From positions 24,417 to 88,416 of IMG/VR virus record IMGVR_UViG_3300020442_002635: a stretch of DNA of 64,000 bases. The stretch is one strand, 5' to 3'. The translations under genes were made by a program, and so were the position numbers. Below the pieces are notes generated by a model. The model was not told the DNA's origin and did not search any database. It saw only the letters and a list, made by a program, of their open reading frames with translations. This document shows positions 1 to 10,665 of the stretch, piece by piece. The stretch's first letter is position 1. Each line of letters begins with the position of its first letter. This DNA is from a virus.

Positions 1-192
1 TAAAACAAATTTATCTGATGTACTATCATAAGAAACAAGAAGACCATCTTTTGAATCATCTAAAGTTCCAAATGCAACATCACCCATCTCCCCTATTTGA
101 GAAGGTTGCCTTATAGATCTAACTGGAGGTTTTTCTGGTTGCTTCTTTTGAATTACTTTTGAAACAGACTGTATTTTTTTAACTACTGCCAT
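1..192 (-). CDS. Hypothetical phage protein, N-terminal part (runs off the window's left edge)
   Basis: ATG at 192 followed by an open frame MAVVKKIQSVSKVIQKKQPEKPPVRSIRQPSQIGEMGDVAFGTLDDSKDGLLVSYDSTSDKFVL to the edge, 5 nt after the stop of the 198..533 gene. Confidence 0.7.
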   Translation of the reverse strand, partial: MAVVKKIQSVSKVIQKKQPEKPPVRSIRQPSQIGEMGDVAFGTLDDSKDGLLVSYDSTSDKFVL

Positions 193-197
193 AATTC

Positions 198-533
198 TTA
201 AGTGGTAATTCCTGCTCTTACAAAGGCCATTCCCTCAACTAATCTTGATTTTGATCCAGAACCTGATGTCAAAACAACATCATAATAATATCTTCCTGGA
301 TCTAGATCAGTTGTTTGTGTATCTGTCAAAGAAATAGTAACTTCACCAATTGATGCTGTAATAGAAATTGAGAATGATGTAGAAGCAGAAGCACCTGAGT
401 GCTTCTTCATTTTCGCAGCAGCACTATATCCAGCAAGGTTGGATGCAGATCCATCTGATTCAGTTGAAACAAATGTTTCAGAAAAATCTGAACCCTGTGG
501 GATTGATATGTTAATGACTGGATTAACTGCCAT
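198..533 (-). CDS. Small virion structural protein (beta-sandwich, BppU-N-like)
   Basis: QGSDF...NLAGY...ISLT..QT..L.PGRYYYDVVL...RLVEG pattern typical of cyanomyovirus structural proteins; preceded by a late promoter motif. Confidence 0.6.
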   Translation of the reverse strand: MAVNPVINISIPQGSDFSETFVSTESDGSASNLAGYSAAAKMKKHSGASASTSFSISITASIGEVTISLTDTQTTDLDPGRYYYDVVLTSGSGSKSRLVEGMAFVRAGITT

Positions 534-540
534 GATGTCT

Positions 541-554
541 TTTTAGTTATTTAT
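541..554 (-). promoter_or_regulatory. Late promoter-like ATAAATAACTAAAA
   Basis: Same 14-mer occurs before six consecutive genes; resembles T4 TATAAATA. Confidence 0.7.
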
Positions 555-3013
555 CACTCATCTTTAAGGTAAGCATTAAACTGCATATTACTATTTTGAT
601 ATGTACTTATACCAACACTTCCAAGTTTCCATTGTGTTCCTGGAATTTGGATTGGTGATGAATATGCAATCTCACTAGTATTATTACCAACTTCTCCACC
701 ATAAGCACCAAGACCCCACGCCCACAATGTTCCATCAGTCTTCTTAGCACGACTTCCATATCTAGTACATCTAAATTCATTAGTCCACTGAGTTCCTGAA
801 ATTTGAATTGGTGATGAATAATATGCATCATTATTAAGACCCAAAGAACCGTTGGAGTTTATTCCCCATGTCCATAGGTATCCATCTCCCTTACTAGCAA
901 GACAATGGTAATTACCTGATGACACATCAGTCCATGTTCCTGGAACTTGTGTTGGTGATGAACGATTTACTACATCATTGAGACCCAAACCACCATAAGT
1001 TTGATTAATTCCCCATCCCCAAAGAGTTCCATCAGTTTTAAGTGCCATAGCTCTAGAATACCCACCTACTGCATATTTCCATTCTGTTCCTGAAATTTGA
1101 TTTGGTGATGACCTAGGAACGCTGGCGCTGCTGTTGGTCCAACCCAGGGCTCCCATGTAATCATATCCCCATGACCACAATGTTCCATCAGTTTTTGTGC
1201 AATACATTGAATCTCTTCCAACAGCCGGTACACCCCATTCTGTTCCTGGAACTTGAGTTGGTGATGAACGACTTATACCTTGATCATTAACACCATGTTT
1301 ACCATTATTATCATTTCCCCATGTCCATAATGTTCCATCAGTCTTTTTGGCTATAGTAGTTCCGTATGTTTTTAATCCACCTTCCCATTGTGTCCCTGGA
1401 ACTTGAACTGGTGATGAACGATCTACTCTATCATTTGCACCATATTCTCCATTCTGATTAAGTCCCCATGCCCAAAGAGTTCCATCTGTTTTAACTGCTG
1501 TTATACATTCCTGCATTATATCAGTATGAATATTTTTCCATTGTGTCCCTGGAACTTGAACTGGTGATGAACGTTTTATTATATCACCTTGTCCCAGTTG
1601 TCCATATAGATTATCACCCGTCATATACAAACTATATGCTGGACTAGTTAAAGCAACAGTTCCAAAATAATAACTTGAAATACCAACACTATCGCTGGTT
1701 CTCATTGTATCTTGGAATGCATTTGCAGGGAACAGTACATAATAGTTTGTACCACCAATACCAAGATCGGTTGCAGGATTAATTGTTAAAGTTGCATTGT
1801 CAATAGAGATTGTTGAACTAGATCCAACAGTAGCAACATCAAATCTTTCTGATACATTATCTTGAACAACAATTTCCCCAATCATTGCAGGGTGAATACT
1901 GCACTGATAATAATATGTTCCTGGTGTAACTCCAAAAGTATCCCAGGTTGTGGTTGCTGTTCCTTCTCCTGTTAGTGTGCCTTCACTTACACTTGCACCA
2001 CCATCACTGACCCTAATATACAGTGGGTGATCTCCGTACACACTATTGCTGAATATGAGTGTATCACCAACATTTACTGTAATAGTTACATTATTTCCAC
2101 TTACAGCACCACTTCTATCATTTCCTGCTACACCATAGAGACCAGCTCCTGGAGATGTAATTGCCTGGGTGTATGATAATTCTTCTGTTTGAATCGTAAC
2201 AATACCAACATTTGCTGAGATTGGTTTTTGAAACGTTAAAACAATATTTGTATCTGCTGCAATTCCAGTTGCACCAATACCAGGACTATAGACAAGAGGT
2301 TCTAATGCACCACCAATGTTCGTCAGTCCTGATCCATCACCACTAAATGATGTAGCTGTAATGATTCCTGTTGTATTGATACTACCTGTGGTTCCAATAC
2401 CAGCAACGACACCTTCTAAACCCGATCCATCACCATAGAATACTGATGCTGTAACAATACCAGCAGTAATACCATCAGAACTTACTGTTGCACCTGATCC
2501 AATAGTGACTCTATTTGTAGATCCATTTACTACGATACTACTAGTTCCAATGGTTGCAATACCAGTGATAGTAATGTTACCTGCAGTATCCCAATTTGGG
2601 CCTCCAGATGTTAAGTTGTAACCATATATAGATCCATCATCTACAGATGACATCTGAACTTTACCACCAAATACAAGACCATAGAAGGTCAATGCTGCAT
2701 CAGGTGCTGTTGTAAATGTAATATTACTTCCTGATGTTGTATAATCTGTTCCTGCTTCTTGTACAACACCACCAAGACTGATAATGACTTGAGCATCACT
2801 TACTGGAGTAATAGGATAACTTCCAGAAGTTAATGCAAAGGTTGTATCAGATCCATTAAAGGACCCTGATATATTATCAAGTTCCTTTATATTTTTTGGA
2901 TTTTGAGTATTGAAGTTAATCCAAACGGTACCATTCCATTGATACACATTCCCTGATGCAGTATCAACATGAATTTGGTTTACACTTGGACTTCCAGGAA
3001 ATGATAGTGCCAT
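554..3013 (-). CDS. RCC1-like 7-blade propeller fibre protein, class A, with Ig-like (Big_5-like) domain and inserted cupredoxin domain
   Basis: N-terminal MALSFP..YQWNGTVW; GIITATSFSGDGS fibre motifs; 7 repeats of KTDGTLWxWG...SSPxQxPG; H...CSIHPAM copper motif. Confidence 0.8.
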   Translation of the reverse strand: MALSFPGSPSVNQIHVDTASGNVYQWNGTVWINFNTQNPKNIKELDNISGSFNGSDTTFALTSGSYPITPVSDAQVIISLGGVVQEAGTDYTTSGSNITFTTAPDAALTFYGLVFGGKVQMSSVDDGSIYGYNLTSGGPNWDTAGNITITGIATIGTSSIVVNGSTNRVTIGSGATVSSDGITAGIVTASVFYGDGSGLEGVVAGIGTTGSINTTGIITATSFSGDGSGLTNIGGALEPLVYSPGIGATGIAADTNIVLTFQKPISANVGIVTIQTEELSYTQAITSPGAGLYGVAGNDRSGAVSGNNVTITVNVGDTLIFSNSVYGDHPLYIRVSDGGASVSEGTLTGEGTATTTWDTFGVTPGTYYYQCSIHPAMIGEIVVQDNVSERFDVATVGSSSTISIDNATLTINPATDLGIGGTNYYVLFPANAFQDTMRTSDSVGISSYYFGTVALTSPAYSLYMTGDNLYGQLGQGDIIKRSSPVQVPGTQWKNIHTDIMQECITAVKTDGTLWAWGLNQNGEYGANDRVDRSSPVQVPGTQWEGGLKTYGTTIAKKTDGTLWTWGNDNNGKHGVNDQGISRSSPTQVPGTEWGVPAVGRDSMYCTKTDGTLWSWGYDYMGALGWTNSSASVPRSSPNQISGTEWKYAVGGYSRAMALKTDGTLWGWGINQTYGGLGLNDVVNRSSPTQVPGTWTDVSSGNYHCLASKGDGYLWTWGINSNGSLGLNNDAYYSSPIQISGTQWTNEFRCTRYGSRAKKTDGTLWAWGLGAYGGEVGNNTSEIAYSSPIQIPGTQWKLGSVGISTYQNSNMQFNAYLKDE

Positions 3014-3027
3014 TATTGTCTACACTT

Positions 3028-3041
3028 TTTTAGTTATTTAT
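3028..3041 (-). promoter_or_regulatory. Late promoter-like ATAAATAACTAAAA
   Basis: Overlaps the upstream gene's stop; precedes 554..3013. Confidence 0.7.
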
Positions 3042-5197
3042 GGATAATCCTTCAAGTAGAATGTTGAACCTTCAGCAACTTGTCCATAAGCCCATTTGGT
3101 TCCTGGAACTTGTACTGGTGATGAATACTGCACAGAGCCACTATCATTAAGTCCAAATCTTCCAGGGCTTTGATTACCCCACATCCAGAATGTTCCATCA
3201 GTCTTAGTTGCACAATAGAAATAGTTACCACCACTAACCATTTCCCATTGATTTCCTGGAATTTGTACTGGTGATGAATAATAGTTAACTGTGGTGCTAT
3301 TTTGAGCAAATCCCCCACTTCCACCATTTCCACCTAGAGCCCATAGTGTTCCATCTGTTTTAATTGCAAAAGTAACTTGACCAGCACTAGTAAACTTCCA
3401 TTCACCTGGGATTTGGTGTGGTGATGAACGTCTTACTAGATCATTTATACCACATTCTCCATGATCATTATATCCCCATGCCCACAGACTGTTATCTTCT
3501 TTTATGGCCATCATTGGTCTTTGTTTATGAGATTGACCATTTTTACTTGACCATGTTCCTGGAATTTGAATTGGTGAGGAATAAGATATTGTAGTGTTTT
3601 GGCCAAGATTACCGTAACCATTATCTCCCCATACCCACATTGTTCCATCTGTTTTGAAAGCATATGACATTCGATCGCCTTCATTACATTCCTGAACTCC
3701 AGAAAGTTTCCATTGGGTTCCTTGAATTTGAACTGGTGATTGGTAATCAGTGGTGTTATTTAATCCAAGATTACCATATCCATTCTCACCCCAACCCCAT
3801 AGTGTTCCGTCAGTTTTGGTTGCCAATGCATACCTGCTTGTGGCACCACCCATGAAAATATCATTCCATTGGGTTCCTTGAATTTGAGTTGGTGATGAGC
3901 GATGTTCATTATTAGATAATCCTAATATACCACCATTAGCTTGCCCCCATGCCCACAGTGTTCCATCAGTCTTAGTTCCAAGTGCCGAATTCCTTTGATT
4001 AGTGACGTATCGCCATGAATTCCCTGAAATCTGGGCTGGTGATGAATAAGATATTCCTTGATTGTTTTGGCCAAGAACTCCACTACTACCAGAACCTGAT
4101 GCAAAAAGTTGGAAAGTTCCATCAAATGGATCAGTATAAGTTACCCCTTCAGTTTCAAAGGAATAAGTTGAAATTCCTGGAGATGATGAAGTATTCAGTA
4201 TATCTTTGTAAGAACCAGCAGGAACTGCAACATAAATTGATGTAGAGAAACTAAAATTAGAAGCTGGATTAATTGTAATTTGACCACCACTGATTGTAAT
4301 ATTATCACTAGTTGCTACATCAAAACTTTCTACTGTTGATCCATCAGCAGCACCTTCTTTGAGTGTGATGGTTCCAGTATTAGCCTTAACTGGTTTGTTG
4401 AAAGTAATAACGATATTTGACGTTGCACCTACTCCTGTTGCAGCAATGCCAGGACTGTATGAAATGGCGTGCATTTGTCCGCCAATATTTGTAAGTTCTG
4501 CTCCAGATCCACTAAATGATGATGCAGTAATGATACCAGATGTATTAACACTATCTGTGGTTCCAATTCCACTGGTAACACCATCTAAATTAGATCCATC
4601 ACCATAGAATGTTGTTGCAGTAACGATACCAGATCCACCAATTACAATACCACTTGCATTTATTGTGGCTCCTGTTCCTACTCTTATCTCATTTGATGGA
4701 CCATCAATAACAACACTACTTGATCCAACAGTAACAATACCAGCAACAGTTACATCTCCTCCAACGTTCCATATAGGACCACCAGTACTAAGTGAGGATG
4801 TAGTAATTGATCCTGCAGCAACACTATTCATGGATACTGATGATCCATAGAACATACCTTGGAAAGTCAGACCTGCATCTGGTGCAGTTGTAAATGTTAT
4901 CTGATCTCCAGAGATTGTAAAGTCATCACCAGCATTTTGTAAGATGCCACCAATAACAATAGTGATTTGATTAACACTTAAAGGATAAACCTTTGTTGAT
5001 CCATTTGCAAATGTTAGTGAAAATGTCGTGGTGGATCCATTAAAAGAACTCGATATATCATCAAATTCTTTTAATGATGTTGTTTGTGTGGATGCAACAG
5101 AAATCCATACAGTTCCATTCCACTGGTAGGTAAAACCTGACGTATTATCAGTGAAGTATTCATTTGTGGCTGGATTGTCTGGAAAATTAAGAGCCAT
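3038..5197 (-). CDS. RCC1-like 7-blade propeller fibre protein, class A, with Ig-like domain
   Basis: MALNFPDNP N-terminus; IVITFNKPV...ITINP Ig-like domain; 7 RCC1-like repeats. Confidence 0.8.
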   Translation of the reverse strand: MALNFPDNPATNEYFTDNTSGFTYQWNGTVWISVASTQTTSLKEFDDISSSFNGSTTTFSLTFANGSTKVYPLSVNQITIVIGGILQNAGDDFTISGDQITFTTAPDAGLTFQGMFYGSSVSMNSVAAGSITTSSLSTGGPIWNVGGDVTVAGIVTVGSSSVVIDGPSNEIRVGTGATINASGIVIGGSGIVTATTFYGDGSNLDGVTSGIGTTDSVNTSGIITASSFSGSGAELTNIGGQMHAISYSPGIAATGVGATSNIVITFNKPVKANTGTITLKEGAADGSTVESFDVATSDNITISGGQITINPASNFSFSTSIYVAVPAGSYKDILNTSSSPGISTYSFETEGVTYTDPFDGTFQLFASGSGSSGVLGQNNQGISYSSPAQISGNSWRYVTNQRNSALGTKTDGTLWAWGQANGGILGLSNNEHRSSPTQIQGTQWNDIFMGGATSRYALATKTDGTLWGWGENGYGNLGLNNTTDYQSPVQIQGTQWKLSGVQECNEGDRMSYAFKTDGTMWVWGDNGYGNLGQNTTISYSSPIQIPGTWSSKNGQSHKQRPMMAIKEDNSLWAWGYNDHGECGINDLVRRSSPHQIPGEWKFTSAGQVTFAIKTDGTLWALGGNGGSGGFAQNSTTVNYYSSPVQIPGNQWEMVSGGNYFYCATKTDGTFWMWGNQSPGRFGLNDSGSVQYSSPVQVPGTKWAYGQVAEGSTFYLKDYP

Positions 5198-5210
5198 TAT
5201 TCCTACACTT

Positions 5211-5224
5211 TTTTAGTTATTTAT
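5211..5224 (-). promoter_or_regulatory. Late promoter-like ATAAATAACTAAAA
   Basis: Precedes 3038..5197. Confidence 0.7.
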
Positions 5225-7374
5225 GAGTAGTTCTTCATCAAAAATGTTGAACCTTCAGCAACGACCCCATAAGCCCATTGGGTTCCTGGAACTTGGATTG
5301 GTGATGAATATGAAGTGGTTAGACCATTATTGTTTCCAAATCTTCCGGGAGCACTATATCCCCACATCCAGAGTGATCCATCAGTCTTAGTTGCGACATA
5401 GAAATAGTTACCACCCTGAACTGTTTCCCATTGTGTTCCTGGAATTTGAATTGGAGAGGAACGAGGTACGTCAGCAATGTTTAAAGGTATACTTCCATTG
5501 CTGCCATTTCCACCTATGCACCATAGTGTCCCATCTGTTTTAATTCCAAAATTGGCTTGTCCAGAAGTAACCATATTCCATTCACCTGGAACTTGTTTTG
5601 GTGATGAACGTTGTGCCGTATCATTAAATCCCAAGTTTCCATTACCATTATATCCCCATGCCCACAGACTGTTATCTTCTTTTATTGCAAATACTCCCCT
5701 TGAGAAATAGAATCGACCATTTTCAGTTTCCCATGTTCCTGGAATTTGAACTGGTGATGAACAAGTTACTTCATTATTTTGACCAAGCGATCCACCACTA
5801 TTAGAACCCCATCCCCATAGGCTTCCATCAGTTTTGAAAGCAAATGCCGACGATGTACCTTCATTAGCTTCACCAAAAGCAACTTTCCATTGGGTTCCTT
5901 GAACTTGAACTGGTGATCCATTATCGTTAATGTTATTGTGTCCAAGTTGACCGTGGCCATTGGTTCCCCACGTCCATAATGTTCCATCAGTTTTGGTTGC
6001 CATTGCAGCCTTTGAAGTTTGAGCAGTCATAGCAATATCATTCCATTGGGTTCCTGGAATTTGTTTTGGCGATGAAAAAGGTGTAAGATTATTATGACCT
6101 AATACATAACCACTACCATCTCCCCAACTCCATAGTGATCCATCAGTTTTGGTTGCAATTGCCGAATTCCTTTGATTGACAGCATATCGCCATGAATCCC
6201 CTGAAATTTGTCTTGGTGATGAATAATTTATTCCGGAGTTATTGTGACCAAGAACTCCACTACTACCAGAACCTGTTGTATAAAGTTGGAAAGTTCCATC
6301 AAATGGATCACTATAAGGTAATGTTAAAGCAGTTACAAAGGTAAAGCTTGTAATGCCTAAGTTTCCACCAGTATCATAACTATCTCTGACTGTATTTGCA
6401 GGAACCTCAACAAAGTATGTTGTACCTGTACCAAGAGTTGAGTCTGGTGTAATGGAAAGTGTTGCTCCAGAAATTGCAATAGTAGAACTTGATCCTACAG
6501 TTGCGACATCAAAACTTTCTACAATCGTACCACTAATTGAATTCTCTCTTAAATTGATAACTCCAGTATTTTTTGTAATGGATTTGGTAAATGTAATACC
6601 AATACCAGTATCAGTTGCTGCTTGTGTTGCACCAATACCAGGGTTGTAGATTAATCCTGCAAGATATCCACCTACGTCAGTTAGATTTCTACCGTCTCCT
6701 GTAAATGATGTTGCAGTAATAATACCTGATGTATTAGCACTTCCATCAGTTCCAAGTCCACCAACAATACCATCTAAATTAGATCCATCACCAACATATG
6801 ATCCTGCAGTGATAATACCAACGATATCAATACCACTTTCATTAATCGTACCTGCAGTACCTACAGTAATCTGATTTGCATCTCCATCAAGAGTAACACT
6901 ACTCGTTCCAGATGTTAAAATGCCACTTACAATAAAATCACCAGAGGAATTCCATGAGAATCCACCAGTTGATAGTGCTTCTGGGCCTACACTTGCATTA
7001 GGTAATGTTGATTTTGATTGATCAGTTTGTAATACCTGAGCAAAGAATGTCAGACCATTAGTTGGTGGTGTTGAAAATGTAATCTGCGTACCAAATACAG
7101 AGTAATCATCACCTGGATTCTGTAAAACACCACCAAGACTAACAATTGTCTTATTAGTTTCTAATGGAGCAATTACTTCTCCATTACATAAGAAATCAAA
7201 AACCGCTTCACTTCCATCGAAAGAAGCAGAAATGTCATCAACCTGTTTTATATTGCCAATCTTTCTATCAACGGTACTTATCCAGACAGTCCCATTCCAG
7301 GTATATGTAAAACCAGAAGTACTATCTCTATATGTATCATTTAGACTGGGATTATCTGGAAAATTAAGTGCCAT
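5221..7374 (-). CDS. RCC1-like 7-blade propeller fibre protein, class A
   Basis: Close paralog of 3038..5197 (shared DPFDGTFQL, NQRNSA, AEGSTF segments); 7 repeats. Confidence 0.8.
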   Translation of the reverse strand: MALNFPDNPSLNDTYRDSTSGFTYTWNGTVWISTVDRKIGNIKQVDDISASFDGSEAVFDFLCNGEVIAPLETNKTIVSLGGVLQNPGDDYSVFGTQITFSTPPTNGLTFFAQVLQTDQSKSTLPNASVGPEALSTGGFSWNSSGDFIVSGILTSGTSSVTLDGDANQITVGTAGTINESGIDIVGIITAGSYVGDGSNLDGIVGGLGTDGSANTSGIITATSFTGDGRNLTDVGGYLAGLIYNPGIGATQAATDTGIGITFTKSITKNTGVINLRENSISGTIVESFDVATVGSSSTIAISGATLSITPDSTLGTGTTYFVEVPANTVRDSYDTGGNLGITSFTFVTALTLPYSDPFDGTFQLYTTGSGSSGVLGHNNSGINYSSPRQISGDSWRYAVNQRNSAIATKTDGSLWSWGDGSGYVLGHNNLTPFSSPKQIPGTQWNDIAMTAQTSKAAMATKTDGTLWTWGTNGHGQLGHNNINDNGSPVQVQGTQWKVAFGEANEGTSSAFAFKTDGSLWGWGSNSGGSLGQNNEVTCSSPVQIPGTWETENGRFYFSRGVFAIKEDNSLWAWGYNGNGNLGFNDTAQRSSPKQVPGEWNMVTSGQANFGIKTDGTLWCIGGNGSNGSIPLNIADVPRSSPIQIPGTQWETVQGGNYFYVATKTDGSLWMWGYSAPGRFGNNNGLTTSYSSPIQVPGTQWAYGVVAEGSTFLMKNYS

Positions 7375-7384
7375 TATGCCTACT

Positions 7385-7398
7385 TTTTAGTTATTTAT
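7385..7398 (-). promoter_or_regulatory. Late promoter-like ATAAATAACTAAAA
   Basis: Precedes 5221..7374. Confidence 0.7.
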
Positions 7399-7406
7399 GA
7401 AGTGCC

Positions 7407-9017
7407 TTATGAGACTGTTCCTCTAAAGGCAAATGTAGTAGCTTCTGCAGACATTCCAACATACCAATTTGTTCCAGGAATTTGTACTGGTGATGAACGA
7501 GGTATTACATCATTCAAACCAAGTCTACCATTTTCATTATATCCAGACACCCAAAATGTACCATCAGTTTTGGTTGCTTGTAAAAAATAATTACCAGCTA
7601 TAGCTTCATTCCATTGGGTTCCTGAAACTTGTTTTGGTGATGAATAACTTACATGATCATTATGAGAAAGATAACCATAAGTACCTACTCCCCATGTCCA
7701 TAATGTACCATCAGTTTTAGTTGCAGCAGTTCCTTGGGATCCTGCAATAGTTTTCCATTGGGTTCCTGGAATTTGAATTGGTGATGAATAATTGCCATAT
7801 GTGACATTAGTACCCAATCTATCACCCATTCCCCACACCCATAATGATCCATCAGTTTTCATACCTGCCATACAATAAGCCGTGTTAGATTTAAAATTAT
7901 CACTATCCCATTGTGTTCCTGGAACTTGAACTGGTGAAGAAGTATAATAACTTACATTCTGTCCAGTGTATCTATCATTGCCACATGTCCATAATGTACC
8001 ATCAGTTTTGAATGCAAAAAATGCGTTTCCACCATCATTAGCACTGTTTCTTGCAAGAACCCAATTTGTTCCTGGAACTTGAACTGGTGATGAACGATGT
8101 ACTCTATCATTTATGCCCAATTGCCCACTATCATTATTACCCCACGCCCACAATGTTCCATCATCTTTAGATGCTAAACAAGCACTATAAGGATGAGTAG
8201 TTTTAACCCATTGGGTTCCAGGAATTTGGATCGGTGATGAAATATCATCGGATGGATCGTTTATACCCAAACGTCCCTCAGAATTGCGACCCCATACCCA
8301 TAATGTTCCATCACTTTTTATTCCATAAACTGCTTGCAAAGTTGTATTAATTTCCCTCCAATTTGTTCCTGGAATTTGAACTGGTGATGAGCGATGAGTA
8401 GTATAATTTTGACCTAACTGACCATAAGATCCTTGTCCCGCTACAAATAATTCTGCATTAAGACCTGGTGGAGGAGCATCATATTGCATTGCTTCATAAC
8501 CATACCAAGTAACACCTTGGTCTCTTGTGGTTAAATTGAAGATCTGCACATCATTAGCACTACTACTATCAATTAATGTAGGAGCAGATCCACCATTCCA
8601 GATGATAGATTCTGGCCAAGTAATAGTTCTTGCATCAGTTGTATCATCCTTTACTCTTATAAAGAAAAGTTCTTGTACTGATTCTGTACTTGCAAATGCA
8701 ACAGTAGTATCAGTATCTTGCGTAAAGTAAATTACATTACCAGCAGAAAGATCAATTGTTGTTGTACCTGATTGTGCTGCTGTTGTTTGTCCTACATATC
8801 CTGCTGCTGCAACCCCATCTAGGTTTGATCCATCACCATAAAATGATGTTGCAGTAACAACACCTGCAGTAACATTTGCTCCGGCAGCAAGACCAGTAAC
8901 AGTACCACCAGAACCAACAAAAGATGTTGCTGTTACAATACCAGCACCAGTCACATTAATTCCTGGCGGAGTAAACGTATCTATAGGTGAAATTAATTGT
9001 GCCTTTTGTTGACTCAT
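7407..9017 (-). CDS. RCC1-like 7-blade propeller fibre protein, class B
   Basis: MSQQKAQLI N-terminus; TTIDLSAGN...ITWP..IIWNGG...RDQGVTWYG module; 7 repeats. Confidence 0.8.
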   Translation of the reverse strand: MSQQKAQLISPIDTFTPPGINVTGAGIVTATSFVGSGGTVTGLAAGANVTAGVVTATSFYGDGSNLDGVAAAGYVGQTTAAQSGTTTIDLSAGNVIYFTQDTDTTVAFASTESVQELFFIRVKDDTTDARTITWPESIIWNGGSAPTLIDSSSANDVQIFNLTTRDQGVTWYGYEAMQYDAPPPGLNAELFVAGQGSYGQLGQNYTTHRSSPVQIPGTNWREINTTLQAVYGIKSDGTLWVWGRNSEGRLGINDPSDDISSPIQIPGTQWVKTTHPYSACLASKDDGTLWAWGNNDSGQLGINDRVHRSSPVQVPGTNWVLARNSANDGGNAFFAFKTDGTLWTCGNDRYTGQNVSYYTSSPVQVPGTQWDSDNFKSNTAYCMAGMKTDGSLWVWGMGDRLGTNVTYGNYSSPIQIPGTQWKTIAGSQGTAATKTDGTLWTWGVGTYGYLSHNDHVSYSSPKQVSGTQWNEAIAGNYFLQATKTDGTFWVSGYNENGRLGLNDVIPRSSPVQIPGTNWYVGMSAEATTFAFRGTVS

Positions 9018-9023
9018 GGTGTT

Positions 9024-9037
9024 TTTTAGTTATTTAT
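9024..9037 (-). promoter_or_regulatory. Late promoter-like ATAAATAACTAAAA
   Basis: Precedes 7407..9017. Confidence 0.7.
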
Positions 9038-10659
9038 TGTTTAATTGCACCTGAAGATACTCCAGAACAAAGATTGTCTTTCCATCCTGTTCCTGGAAGT
9101 TGAATTGGTGATGAACGATTTATTGTATCATTAAGACCTAATCTACCAGCACTGTTGCTACCCCATGTCCACAATGTTCCATCAGTTTTGGTACAAAGAC
9201 CTCCAACATATGATTGATTGTGACTGGCACTAACGTTTACAGCTTTCCATGAGGTTCCTGGAATTTGAGTTGGTGATGAATAATGCACTACATTATTTTG
9301 ACCCAATTGCCCATTACCATTGAATCCCCAAGACCATAGTGTTCCATCGGTTTTAAGAGCTCTAAGTACATATCTATCACCCCCTAAAGCAAATTCTCCA
9401 GTATCCCATTGTGTTCCTGGAATTTGAGTTGGTGATGAACGTCTATGATTGGAAGAACTGTTAATACCAAGTCCTTGTAGGTTTCCCCATGACCATAATG
9501 TTCCATCAGTTTTGGTTGCTAAAGTGATACCATAAGTTGCTTTTACTGTTGCCCACTGAGTTCCTGGAATTTGAGCCGGTGATGAACGATGTGCTCTATC
9601 ATTAATACCTAGATCACCATAATAATTATATCCCCACGCCCACAGTGTTCCATCAGTTTTTTTACAGAATCCAGATCCATAATTTGCACTTAATGACTCA
9701 TTATTCCATGTTCCTGGAACTTGGATTGGTGATGAACGATACACTCTATCATTTTGGGCTAAGTGACCAATTGAATTATCTCCCCACGCCCATACTGTTC
9801 CATCAGTTTTGGTTGCGAAGGTAGCAGCATAACGATTCACCTGAATTCTTGACCACTCAGTTCCTGGAATTTGTACTGGCGATGAACGTGGAACATAGGG
9901 GTCAGACTGGGCAAGAATTCCCTGACCGTCCTCGCCCCACGCCAATAATGTTCCATCATTTCTGATTACACCTACACTACTTTGACTACCTCCACCAATA
10001 CTTAGATAACTCCATCCCGTTCCTGGAATTTGAGTTGGTGATGAAAGTTTTACTAAGTTATTTTGTCCCAATTCACCATAAGTGTTATCGCCCCATAAAA
10101 ACAAACTAATTGGTTCAGCAGGATCATTCTTCATTGTTTCATAACCATACCAAGTAACACCTTGGTCTCTAGTTATGAGTTTAAAGATTTGTACATCACC
10201 TGCTTGAGAACTATCGATCAATGTAGGTTCAGTTCCACCGTTCCAGATAATGGATGCTGGCCAAGTAATTGTTCTTGCATCAGTTGTTGCATCCTTATCT
10301 CTAATAAAATCAACAACCTGAACTGATTCAGTATTTGCAAATGCAACTGTTGTATTTGTATCTTGCGTAAAGTAAATTATATTTCCAAGCGACAAGTCAA
10401 TTGTTGTCGTTCCAGATTGTGCTGCAGTCACAACACCAATGAATGTAGATCCTGCAACACCTGTTAGATTTTCACCATTTCCATAAAAACTCACTGCAGT
10501 AACAATACCTGCATTAACATTTGGAGTTCCTATAATTGACCCTGCTGCACCAACAAGGTTTCCATCAAAAGTAGTAGCAGTCAAAGTACCAGAAACATTC
10601 ACCCCTGGTGCAGTCATTATTCCAACTGGTTGTATTAATTGTACCTTTGTCTGACTCAT
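9034..10659 (-). CDS. RCC1-like 7-blade propeller fibre protein, class B
   Basis: Same N-terminal modules as 7407..9017; 7 repeats. Confidence 0.8.
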   Translation of the reverse strand: MSQTKVQLIQPVGIMTAPGVNVSGTLTATTFDGNLVGAAGSIIGTPNVNAGIVTAVSFYGNGENLTGVAGSTFIGVVTAAQSGTTTIDLSLGNIIYFTQDTNTTVAFANTESVQVVDFIRDKDATTDARTITWPASIIWNGGTEPTLIDSSQAGDVQIFKLITRDQGVTWYGYETMKNDPAEPISLFLWGDNTYGELGQNNLVKLSSPTQIPGTGWSYLSIGGGSQSSVGVIRNDGTLLAWGEDGQGILAQSDPYVPRSSPVQIPGTEWSRIQVNRYAATFATKTDGTVWAWGDNSIGHLAQNDRVYRSSPIQVPGTWNNESLSANYGSGFCKKTDGTLWAWGYNYYGDLGINDRAHRSSPAQIPGTQWATVKATYGITLATKTDGTLWSWGNLQGLGINSSSNHRRSSPTQIPGTQWDTGEFALGGDRYVLRALKTDGTLWSWGFNGNGQLGQNNVVHYSSPTQIPGTSWKAVNVSASHNQSYVGGLCTKTDGTLWTWGSNSAGRLGLNDTINRSSPIQLPGTGWKDNLCSGVSSGAIKQ

Positions 10660-10665
10660 GGTGTT

